The notes under the pieces: model-generated
Told to the model about the DNA's origin: nothing
Seen by the model: the letters and a program-made list of their open reading frames with translations, nothing else
Databases searched by the model: none
In this document: positions 49,251 to 57,323 of the stretch, one piece after another
Numbering within the stretch: the stretch's first letter is position 1
Layout of the letters: each line of letters starts with the position of its first letter
Position numbers and translations under genes: made by a program
IMG/VR virus record: IMGVR_UViG_3300017917_002954
Coordinates: 1-64,000 of that record
DNA length: 64,000 nucleotides
Direction: 5' to 3' (one strand)
Source: a virus

Positions 49251-51228
49251 GTTTGACGTATTTTATATCGGGAATAAGCCTTGTTTGTTTGCGCATGAGT
49301 GTGCTGTTAGTTCTATTGAGCAAGCACAACAGCAGAGTCGTACTCGTTATTTCTGGTTGATAAACTATTTAACTGACTACACTGGGTTTGATTTTTTATG
49401 GGAACCAGTGCCTTGGCAGAGTCACCAGCGGCATGCTTGGGCCAGTCAATGGCAAAAAGATTCAGGAACATATTTAATACCCAAGCAAGGTTATACAGAA
49501 ACAAACTATAGAACCGATTGTGTACTAACAAGACTACCTGACACCAGTTTATGGCAAGTACCCAATCCAGTAGAAAATTTTGATTACTCTTGGCATCCAG
49601 ATTTTACTGATCCTCCACTGACCTATTACTTTGGTACACAATGGCAACGCACCGGGGGTCCAGTATATTGCAACGGCAGTGACACAGTAAAAATTGTTGA
49701 CTCGCCCAGAGCTGTGGCATTGCCAACACAAGAACATTGGACCAATGTCAACGGCGAGTTTGACTGTAGTTGGCACCCAGATTTGTTGGACAATGCCTAC
49801 ATATATCAGTTTGGTACACAACATCAACGCACAGGTGGACCACAGTATCGTGTGCCTGGCGCGGTTGATGTCAAGTATGTGGATCAAATAAAAATAAAAA
49901 CCAATCGTGTGGCCACAGCCATATATGAAATAGATCACATGGATGGCAATGCAGGACAGATTCCAGGTACCACAAAAACTTCAAGATACTTTGACAACTA
50001 CTTGGATACTCTACGACGCATTGCCAAAGGCATACCCGAAGAACACGAATTTGTTTGGATTTGTAGTTCCATCTGTGACTACAGCAAGTTTGATTTTAGC
50101 TGGCATCCAGAACAATGGCAAGCCACAATGTTGCATGTGTTTGCATCAGACGGAGAAAAGTTTGGAGACACATTCTTCATGCATGTGCCAACATTTCAAT
50201 CAAGAGCAGATCGTTGTCAGTTGTTGGATTGGTATGATTTGAATTTTGTGGGTATGTCTGTGCCACGTAGGCCTTTGCCAGTGATAGAACACAACTATGA
50301 TACACATGTTGAAGCTATCAAGACTATAGATTGGCCAGGTCCTTTGGCAGTGTTTACCACACACAATACTCCAGCCAGTGTGCCTTGTGTGCCATTGTGG
50401 AGAGAAAAGACCAAGACAGTGGTGCCTATGAGTGCAGGTTCATCCAGTGTTATTGTGCCTAAGGTAGCAGTGCCTTATATCAAAAAACAAATTTACGATT
50501 ATCCTTATATTGAGAAAAAGCAAAGACATCTACGCAACGATCAACCCTTGGACATTGTGTTTATTTCAAACGGAGAAGTTGTTGCTGACTATCACTATGA
50601 GAAACTGGGCTTCTATGTAGGAGATAGAAATCGTATAAGACGTGTAGATGGCATCAACGGTCGTGTGGCCGCATATCATGCTGCCGCTGAACAAAGCACA
50701 ACACCGTGGTTCTTTGCTGTGTTTGCTAAACTGCTAGTAGATGAACGTTTTGATTGGTCGTGGCAACCTGATCGTTTACAAGAACCCAAGCACTATATCT
50801 TTCATGCCAAGAATCCCTGCAACGGACTGATATATGGACATCAGGCCATGATTGCCTACAACAAAAAGCTAGTGTTAGGGAACATGGGTCAAGGGTTAGA
50901 CTTTACTCTAGATTCAGCACACGAAGTTGTACCTATCTTGAGTGGCATAGCTCAATACAATGCAACACCTTGGTCTGCCTGGCGTACTGCATTCCGCGAA
51001 GTTCTAAAACTTCAAGCCAGCTTGCCTGATGTAGAAAACGAATATCGAATCAGTCGTTGGTGTAGCACAAGCGAAAGTAAAAATGCCAACTGGAGCAGTC
51101 AAGGCGCACACGATGCTCTTGATTATTACAATGAAGTCAACGGAGATTTTGACGCACTGAAGAAAAGCTATGAGTGGGCATGGTTGGCCAGTTATGCTTT
51201 TTTAAAGCACGGTCTGGCTCCAGATTGA
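49249..51228 (+). CDS. Multidomain protein: FDxSWHP repeats plus C-terminal glycosyltransferase-like domain
   Basis: Five FD(F/Y/C/W)xW(H/E/Q)P motifs and two Y.FGTQ.QRTGGP units. The C-terminal FISNGE...RVDGING..AAYHAAA...N..NGL.YG...AWRTAFRE matches the gene at 31279. Confidence 0.6.
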   Translation: MFDVFYIGNKPCLFAHECAVSSIEQAQQQSRTRYFWLINYLTDYTGFDFLWEPVPWQSHQRHAWASQWQKDSGTYLIPKQGYTETNYRTDCVLTRLPDTSLWQVPNPVENFDYSWHPDFTDPPLTYYFGTQWQRTGGPVYCNGSDTVKIVDSPRAVALPTQEHWTNVNGEFDCSWHPDLLDNAYIYQFGTQHQRTGGPQYRVPGAVDVKYVDQIKIKTNRVATAIYEIDHMDGNAGQIPGTTKTSRYFDNYLDTLRRIAKGIPEEHEFVWICSSICDYSKFDFSWHPEQWQATMLHVFASDGEKFGDTFFMHVPTFQSRADRCQLLDWYDLNFVGMSVPRRPLPVIEHNYDTHVEAIKTIDWPGPLAVFTTHNTPASVPCVPLWREKTKTVVPMSAGSSSVIVPKVAVPYIKKQIYDYPYIEKKQRHLRNDQPLDIVFISNGEVVADYHYEKLGFYVGDRNRIRRVDGINGRVAAYHAAAEQSTTPWFFAVFAKLLVDERFDWSWQPDRLQEPKHYIFHAKNPCNGLIYGHQAMIAYNKKLVLGNMGQGLDFTLDSAHEVVPILSGIAQYNATPWSAWRTAFREVLKLQASLPDVENEYRISRWCSTSESKNANWSSQGAHDALDYYNEVNGDFDALKKSYEWAWLASYAFLKHGLAPD

Positions 51229-51246
51229 TTGTAATAAAATTGTAAT
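51229..51246 (+). promoter_or_regulatory. Pho-box-like direct repeat upstream of pstS
   Basis: TTGTAAT-AAAA-TTGTAAT with 11-bp period, similar to the PhoB consensus CTGTCAT-A(A/T)A(T/A)-CTGT(C/A)A(C/T). It is followed by TTAAATA at 51257-51263 and a GGAG SD. Confidence 0.65.
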
Positions 51247-51307
51247 ATTTCTTTCCTTAAATAAAGTTGTGCAGATGCACAACATCTTATTATCCTAGGG
51301 AGATTTC

Positions 51308-52285
51308 ATGAAACGAATTTTAGCATTGTTATGCATGACTGTGGCAGTATCTGCACAGGCGCAGGTCAACGGAGCAGGTGCTACATTTCCGGCACCAGTG
51401 TATGCCAAGTGGGCAGAACAATATCACAAAGAAACTGGCAAAAGAATAAACTATGCAGCCATCGGTAGTGCAGGTGGTATCAAACAGATTGATAGTAAAA
51501 CAGTAGACTTTGGTGCCACTGATGATCCTGTGGCCAATGACACATTAAAAAGCAAAGGCCAATATCAGTTTCCTACAGTGATCGGTGGTGTAGTTCCAGT
51601 GGTCCACATTCGTGGCATTGAACCTGGTAAACTAGTATTAGATGGACGTACTTTGGCCGACATCTATGAAGGCAAGATCAAGACTTGGAATGATCCCGCC
51701 ATAGTCAAACTAAATCCTGGATTAACATTGCCAGCTCAAACAATCAGTTTGGTAGTACGTGCTGATGGATCTGGCACTACAGCAGTGTTTACTAACTATC
51801 TAAGTCAGGTCAGCGCCAGCTTCAAACAATCACATGGAGAAGGCAAAGTCGTTGCCTGGAAATCAACTATCACGGCCGGCAAAGGCAATGCAGGCGTTGC
51901 GGCATTTGTCAAACAGTTGAATGGAGCCATTGGCTATGTTGAATATGCCTATGTCAAACAAAATAAAATGACCTATGTGGCTATGAAAAATCGCAAAGGA
52001 CAAACAGTACATCCAGATGACACTACCTTTGCTGAAGCTGCCAAGTCAGCCAATTGGTCAGTGCCGGGCATGGCAGTTAACTTGAACAATCGAGATGGTT
52101 GGCCTATAACAGCCGCTACCTTTGTGTTGATCTATCGCGGCAGTGACAAGTCTCGACCTGTTGCAGAGTTTTTTAATTGGGCATTTGCCAAAGGCAATCA
52201 ATCAGCATTGGAACTAGATTATGTTCCTTTGCCTGACTCAGTGAAGAATCAAATACGTAGTGAATGGAAACAACTGGGTTTCTAA
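51308..52285 (+). CDS. pstS: Phosphate ABC transporter substrate-binding protein PstS (auxiliary metabolic gene)
   Basis: Signal peptide; GAGATFPAP.Y.KW, NY..IGS.GG, VDFGATD, RADGSGTT..FT.YL, GKGN.GV, GAIGYVE. Confidence 0.95.
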   Translation: MKRILALLCMTVAVSAQAQVNGAGATFPAPVYAKWAEQYHKETGKRINYAAIGSAGGIKQIDSKTVDFGATDDPVANDTLKSKGQYQFPTVIGGVVPVVHIRGIEPGKLVLDGRTLADIYEGKIKTWNDPAIVKLNPGLTLPAQTISLVVRADGSGTTAVFTNYLSQVSASFKQSHGEGKVVAWKSTITAGKGNAGVAAFVKQLNGAIGYVEYAYVKQNKMTYVAMKNRKGQTVHPDDTTFAEAAKSANWSVPGMAVNLNNRDGWPITAATFVLIYRGSDKSRPVAEFFNWAFAKGNQSALELDYVPLPDSVKNQIRSEWKQLGF

Positions 52286-53382
52286 TACACGCAATCGAGC
52301 ACTTGATCAATCACGTACTCAACTTCTAAATCAGTTAGCTCTGGATAAAACGGCAGACTCAAAACTCTACGTGCCAGAGCTGAACTGTTGCACAGGATAT
52401 TGGGTCCTGGATATTGACGAAAAACTCCTAATTCGTGTAGAGGTTCCTTGTAGTGTATACGAGTTTCAATTTTCTTTAGTGCAAGATTCTGTTGTAAGAG
52501 ATCTCTATTGTCTACTTCTATCACAAACTTGTGAAATGCGTGTCCTTCAAACGTTTTATCATCAATCAAACAACGCACACGACTTTTCTCCAAACGTTCA
52601 ATCCAATAAGTAGCAATCTCTTGTCTACGCTGTTGCCACTGATCAAGGTAGCGTGTTTTGACCAACATCTGCGCACAATCAACTTCACTCATGCGACTGT
52701 TAGTACCTGTGTGTTGATGTTGACTTTTGCCGTTGTCTCTCCAGGCTCTGGCATATTCTAGCAAGTTAATGTCATCTGTGACCACAGCACCGCCGTTGCC
52801 ATAGGCATTGAGATTCTTCATAGGATCAAATGAAATAGCAGTTCCATTGCCACAGCGTTGACAGCCATCACTGAGCCAGTGTTGTGCGGCATCTTCAATC
52901 CACACAGTGCTGGTATCAATGCTTTTCATGGGCCAACGTCGATACTGTTCTATCAAGGTATCTATTTTTGTGCCATACAAACCTACTAGCACTAGAGCTT
53001 GATAACTGACATCGGGTATGTTTTCTGGATTCAATATGCCATAGCGATCTGTGTCAATGAAATGTATGTCCCAACCAGCACGTGCAAACGCATTGGCTGT
53101 GGCCGCATAGGTCAGAGTAGGAATCAACACACGAGGTGGGTGCATTGGAAATGCCTCGGCGTAGTAGCTGGCAATGATTTCTAGAGCATGTGTACCTGAA
53201 TGACAGGTCACTGCATATTTTGAATGATTCTTTTTGGCCAACCAGTTCTCAAACTCGGCTGTGTGATTGCCGTTCATGAGTTGGCCCGATCGCAGGACCT
53301 CGTCGGTGGCGTCTAAGATTTCTTGACGTAGGGTGTTATACTGTTTTTTTAGACCAGTAAACGGAATTGTTAAGCCACTCAT
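52282..53382 (-). CDS. DegT/DnrJ/EryC1/StrS PLP-dependent sugar aminotransferase
   Basis: SGT.AL, IEDAAQ, SFDPMKNL.AYG.GGAV.T (catalytic Lys), GTNSRM.E, LSLP.YPEL. Confidence 0.93.
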   Translation of the reverse strand: MSGLTIPFTGLKKQYNTLRQEILDATDEVLRSGQLMNGNHTAEFENWLAKKNHSKYAVTCHSGTHALEIIASYYAEAFPMHPPRVLIPTLTYAATANAFARAGWDIHFIDTDRYGILNPENIPDVSYQALVLVGLYGTKIDTLIEQYRRWPMKSIDTSTVWIEDAAQHWLSDGCQRCGNGTAISFDPMKNLNAYGNGGAVVTDDINLLEYARAWRDNGKSQHQHTGTNSRMSEVDCAQMLVKTRYLDQWQQRRQEIATYWIERLEKSRVRCLIDDKTFEGHAFHKFVIEVDNRDLLQQNLALKKIETRIHYKEPLHELGVFRQYPGPNILCNSSALARRVLSLPFYPELTDLEVEYVIDQVLDCVY

Positions 53383-54313
53383 AGTATGCTTGGAATCCTT
53401 CTTCTACATCAACTGTTGGATAAAAATTAAAATCTTTGCGTGCCGCATCAATATTTAATGCGCCGCGACTGGGAAAGTCTGCATCTTTGTCTCGTACTTC
53501 AATGGTTCCTCGACCCACAATTTTAACAGCTAGTTCAGCGGCATCCAACAAACTACGACTGTGACTCTTGGTGATATTGTAAGTTTTATTATTGGTATTA
53601 GAACTCAATGCCGCTGCTACAATACCATCTGCGGCGTCATCTACATAGGTAAAGTCCAAGGTTTCGCCGGCACCGTTGACCTTTAGCACACCACCACGCA
53701 TGGCTGTGAGCATGAACTTGGCAATCACACGATCTTCAACATCAAGTGGACCGTACACAGCACTGGGTCGAATAATAGTATGTGCCATGCCTGTGCTACG
53801 AGTGTAGTCTTTGACCAACCACTCTCCAGCCAGCTTCATAATACCATATTGTCCCTGCGGTCTACAAACAGCATCTTCGCGTACTTGATCTTCAAAGTCA
53901 CCGTAGACCATGCTGGAGCTGATGTAAACAAACTTGCATACCTTGTGTTTTTTACTGGCTTCTAGCAAGTTCAGTAGACCTTCGCTCATGGCACGTGATC
54001 CTAACTGTGGATTGGCATTCACAACTTTCTGTCTAGGGAAGCTGGCCATGTGTATAATAGTATCCGGTTGATGTTTGCCTATCAACCAATCAATGCCATC
54101 ACGATCAGCAATGTCAATTCGGAATATTCTATCTGTGGTGATCTTTTTACGACGCTCAGTCATCAAATAATCAAGCTCCTCCTGTGGCACTAGTCCATAG
54201 TTGGTCAGTGTATCTGTTATGATCACACGATGTCCTTGACGTTCTAATCGAGACACTACATTGTGCCCAATAAGGCCCAAGCCGCCTGTGACTAAGATTG
54301 TTCTTGTTTCCAT
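53336..54313 (-). CDS. NAD-dependent nucleotide-sugar epimerase/dehydratase (extended SDR)
   Basis: ILVTGGLGLIG, YISSSMVYG, YGIMK (YxxxK), R...VYGP, DFTYV.D; start probably ATG 54313. Confidence 0.93.
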   Translation of the reverse strand: METRTILVTGGLGLIGHNVVSRLERQGHRVIITDTLTNYGLVPQEELDYLMTERRKKITTDRIFRIDIADRDGIDWLIGKHQPDTIIHMASFPRQKVVNANPQLGSRAMSEGLLNLLEASKKHKVCKFVYISSSMVYGDFEDQVREDAVCRPQGQYGIMKLAGEWLVKDYTRSTGMAHTIIRPSAVYGPLDVEDRVIAKFMLTAMRGGVLKVNGAGETLDFTYVDDAADGIVAAALSSNTNNKTYNITKSHSRSLLDAAELAVKIVGRGTIEVRDKDADFPSRGALNIDAARKDFNFYPTVDVEEGFQAYYEWLNNSVYWSKKTV

Positions 54314-54624
54314 TTTAATGTCCAATAAATTTGATCAGGTTCTTTGAGTCTAGCAATAACACGATACCTGTGTCCCATTGACCAAGGTACCATTTCGCGA
54401 TGCCAGAATGGTTTTTCTACTGCGTGTTCCATAACCCACTTGCCGGCTTCAGTTTGTTGCCATTGCCATATGGGTTCGGCAGCATACAAATCAGGATCAT
54501 CTACATCACCTACAATAAAACTAGCAACAACAACATCTGAAATTTTTACTGCTTGATCGTTGATAAGACGCCACTCGGGCGCCTTGAACAACTTTTCTGA
54601 TTCGGGTGATCTATATCTGGCCAT
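54292..54624 (-). CDS. Hypothetical protein with a C-terminus resembling the small-protein family at 59.5-64 kb
   Basis: WVMEHA...LKEPDQIYWTLKW; first gene of the epimerase/DegT operon. Confidence 0.65.
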   Translation of the reverse strand: MARYRSPESEKLFKAPEWRLINDQAVKISDVVVASFIVGDVDDPDLYAAEPIWQWQQTEAGKWVMEHAVEKPFWHREMVPWSMGHRYRVIARLKEPDQIYWTLKWKQEQS

Positions 54625-54629
54625 ACTGT

Positions 54630-54658
54630 ATTATAACAGTATTATTGATCTTTTGCAA
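54630..54658 (-). promoter_or_regulatory. sigma70 promoter with extended -10 (leaderless)
   Basis: On the minus strand TTGCAA(54658-54653)-17 nt-TATAAT(54635-54630), with a TGn extension; the ATG at 54624 follows after 5 nt. Confidence 0.7.
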
Positions 54659-55328
54659 CTAGATCTTGTGCCATTGGAAATATAGCAGAAATAACTCTGG
54701 CACATTCCACAGCAATCTGTTGATGTTCTTTTTGGGTACCATTGGCTGATCTCAATTCAATAAAGTGAATCCAGCTACGCAAGGTACCGTTCATGTACAA
54801 TCGACTGATTGTGAGACCTTCGGGCAATACTGCTCGAGCTTGTTCTTTGGCAATGCCGTTTTTGATAGCCCACTCATATTCTCTTTGAACAGCAAACAAC
54901 ACTCGTTTCTGAGCACGTTCCCATTCATTGGCCAACTGTTGTTGATCATCAGTGAGTTCGATTGAGTTTTGACGGTTCTTTGTGTCTTGTAATCGAGCTT
55001 CACGTAAAACAAATGCCTGGCTTAGTTCTGCGGTAGGGTCAGCATAACGCTGACTGAATTCTTGGAAACTAAAACTACGATGGCGTAGTATTTGTCGGGC
55101 AATGTCCCTGGTTGTTTCGATCTCAATACAAGCATTAACCATCTCAAGTGGCGACCAGTGTTGGTGCCGGACGAGGTAACGAATGAGTTTTTCACTAGTC
55201 TCCGTATTAAGTTGATTTGCAGGATTGCTTACTCTTGCACAGTAAGCAATGAGTTCTTGTGCATCGTCAATGCCCGCCGCAGAAAATTCTTCAGTGGGTT
55301 GACTATAACTTACTAACTTTACTTTCAT
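54642..55328 (-). CDS. thyX: Flavin-dependent thymidylate synthase ThyX
   Basis: AYCARVS, H.SPLE, RQILRHRSFSFQEFSQRY (RHRx7S), EQAR.VLP, LRSWIHF..LR, Q.EH. Confidence 0.96.
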   Translation of the reverse strand: MKVKLVSYSQPTEEFSAAGIDDAQELIAYCARVSNPANQLNTETSEKLIRYLVRHQHWSPLEMVNACIEIETTRDIARQILRHRSFSFQEFSQRYADPTAELSQAFVLREARLQDTKNRQNSIELTDDQQQLANEWERAQKRVLFAVQREYEWAIKNGIAKEQARAVLPEGLTISRLYMNGTLRSWIHFIELRSANGTQKEHQQIAVECARVISAIFPMAQDLVAKDQ

Positions 55329-56043
55329 CTTGACCTTCTTGTTGATTTGAATCTAAATACTTTTTTATATATGGTTCTAAATAATCAGCCCAGTAATTGT
55401 GAGCATCTTGTCCAAAATGTGCTCGGTTGTCGGTGGGTTGACATCCTTGACCTTCAACATAGTGGCTGAAACTTTCTATGTGCCTTTGATTATCAGCATC
55501 AACTTGTACATAAGGATCATGTACCCATACACCGTTGTGCCACGGCAACTCAAAGTTTTGATCTTGTTGCGGACAACCATCAAAGAAAAACGTTCGACAT
55601 CCTTGATAAAACAACATTGAATAACCCAGTTGTTTTAGGAGATTATGAAATACCCATATACTGTTGTGCTGATCAGCTTGCCGACGCCAGCATTCGTGAT
55701 TGTCATCAGTCCACCATGAATCTAAATGTTGTTGCCACAGCACTTGGAGATCTGAATCAATGTTGTAGTGTGAATCACCACAGATTTGATGCCATTGATT
55801 GTTGTAGTACCACTCTGTTCTTTCGAAACTGCTCCATCCAATAACAATTAAAGTACTGGCAGGATTCAGTGTTGGTAATCTTTCAAGCGTGGTTCGTATG
55901 ATTCTTTGATTGGAACCACCGGGCAATGCATCGTTGATATAGTTGAAATGATATTTGTCTGCCAACAATCTAGTAGCAGTCACACCATCCTTGCTGTAAA
56001 CTTGGGCAGTGTGACTGTCACCATTGACGTACATGGTAATCAT
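55303..56043 (-). CDS. SGNH-like protein
   Basis: YVNGDSHT...N.ALPGGSN.RI.R...IGWS...R.E...HF...H..WA. Confidence 0.55.
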   Translation of the reverse strand: MITMYVNGDSHTAQVYSKDGVTATRLLADKYHFNYINDALPGGSNQRIIRTTLERLPTLNPASTLIVIGWSSFERTEWYYNNQWHQICGDSHYNIDSDLQVLWQQHLDSWWTDDNHECWRRQADQHNSIWVFHNLLKQLGYSMLFYQGCRTFFFDGCPQQDQNFELPWHNGVWVHDPYVQVDADNQRHIESFSHYVEGQGCQPTDNRAHFGQDAHNYWADYLEPYIKKYLDSNQQEGQDESKVSKL

Positions 56044-56044
56044 G

Positions 56045-56350
56045 CTACTTGATTTTGTCTAACAGTTTGTCAGTTTCAGGTTGAACAAGATCAGCCACGG
56101 CTTCAACATCTACTACAAAATCTACATCGTGAATTTCGTGGTCCATCTCATTAAATGTTCTAGTGAGCATGGCTTCCATTTCTTCTAACTCCAACCCTTG
56201 TTTCTTTAGAGTATGTAGATTGATAGTTTTTTGTCTACCACCTTTGAGCTTGATCACTACTTTTTTAATACACTCGAGGGGAATGTCAGTTTTGTTTACA
56301 TCTGCAATAATACGTTCCCAACGATCCAAGAAATCATCACTGAGCTGCAT
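56045..56350 (-). CDS. Hypothetical protein
   Basis: 101-aa acidic ORF in a tightly packed operon. Confidence 0.65.
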   Translation of the reverse strand: MQLSDDFLDRWERIIADVNKTDIPLECIKKVVIKLKGGRQKTINLHTLKKQGLELEEMEAMLTRTFNEMDHEIHDVDFVVDVEAVADLVQPETDKLLDKIK

Positions 56351-57050
56351 CCGCCGCCACCTTAGCTTTTGATGGACGACCGCGTTTTGGCGCAGTTGTC
56401 GAAGTTGAGGTAGCTGGTGAAGACTCAGAAGTGACTACACCTGGGTGCATGCGCTCGGCATCTTTTTTCATTCTTGCAGCTTCTGCAAGCAACCCTTTGG
56501 CTTCGGATTCCATGCGTTGAGCTTGTGTCAACATGTTGGCTGCTAATGTTCTATCATCAAGTGCACCGTCATTAGATGGTGCTTGATAACCAGGTTGTTG
56601 AGTGGCTTTGTATGCGGCTTCAGCTGAACGTTTGACTTCAGGAGCAACCATACCACGGCTGGCATCAGACTCAGCCAATCGTTTAATAGCAGCCTCTCCC
56701 TGTTTCATTTCGTTCAACATTACATTGAGTTCATCGAGTCTAATTTTTGCTGTTGAAGTTGGAGTCACTGTGACATCTGCTGTGCGAACTTTCTTGATCA
56801 TTTTTTCAATGTGCAATGTTTCAAGAATTGGTCGACCGTCCGGCAATAAATTGCGATGTAATGCGTTGGCCAACTCATCTGCTTGTTGTCCAATGTCACT
56901 TTCAATTACTTTCATAATTGCATCGTGCCATGGCGCAGGTAATACTTCTGGATACACAACCAAGCACATATGATCTTCGTTGGGAACTTGTCTGTATAAA
57001 ATTGCTACATTACGGCCGCTGTGTTTGCCGATGTGTTTTAAAAATGCCAT
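56337..57050 (-). CDS. Hypothetical protein with C-terminal coiled coil and KRGRP (AT-hook-like) tail
   Basis: 237 aa; preceded by a GGAG SD. Confidence 0.7.
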   Translation of the reverse strand: MAFLKHIGKHSGRNVAILYRQVPNEDHMCLVVYPEVLPAPWHDAIMKVIESDIGQQADELANALHRNLLPDGRPILETLHIEKMIKKVRTADVTVTPTSTAKIRLDELNVMLNEMKQGEAAIKRLAESDASRGMVAPEVKRSAEAAYKATQQPGYQAPSNDGALDDRTLAANMLTQAQRMESEAKGLLAEAARMKKDAERMHPGVVTSESSPATSTSTTAPKRGRPSKAKVAADAAQ

Positions 57051-57051
57051 A

Positions 57052-57249
57052 TTACTCTCCTTTGTTTTCCTCAGACTGAGCTTGAGCCTGAGCGTGTGCT
57101 ACAATTGCTTCTAAAAAATTATTGAGTTTGTTGTACAACTCGCCAACTTGTTGCATTTCATCTGCACGAAATGCTCCGCGGGTACATGCAAGATCAATGA
57201 TGTTCTTGAGTGCACCAAGATCAGTGACTGTGATTGTTTGATTTTCCAT
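57052..57249 (-). CDS. Small hypothetical protein
   Basis: Start revised to ATG 57249, 5 nt after TAAATA; contains IIDLACTRGAFRA.E...VG.LY.KL. Confidence 0.65.
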   Translation of the reverse strand: MENQTITVTDLGALKNIIDLACTRGAFRADEMQQVGELYNKLNNFLEAIVAHAQAQAQSEENKGE

Positions 57250-57254
57250 GTAGA

Positions 57255-57260
57255 TATTTA
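57255..57260 (-). promoter_or_regulatory. Putative late promoter motif TAAATA
   Basis: Minus-strand TAAATA just after a terminator-like hairpin and 5 nt before the ATG. Confidence 0.55.
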
Positions 57261-57265
57261 ATGAT

Positions 57266-57301
57266 AAAAAATGCTGTGACAAAATAATTCACAGCATTTT
57301 T
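57266..57301 (-). terminator. Terminator-like inverted repeat (possibly bidirectional)
   Basis: aaaaatgctgtga-caaaataat-tcacagcattttt: 13-bp arms with T-tracts on both strands. Confidence 0.65.
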
Positions 57302-57323
57302 GGGGTGTTTTGGCAAAATTGAC

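Noticed and set aside
54624-54641. Palindrome TACTGT-ATTATA-ACAGTA as a LexA SOS box
   Set aside because: The spacing is CTG-N8-CAG rather than CTG-N10-CAG, and it overlaps a -10 box. It could be another operator, but nothing supports that.
57275-57293. TGTGA...TCACA as a CRP site
   Set aside because: The spacer is 9 nt rather than 6, and the longer arms with T-tracts fit a terminator better.
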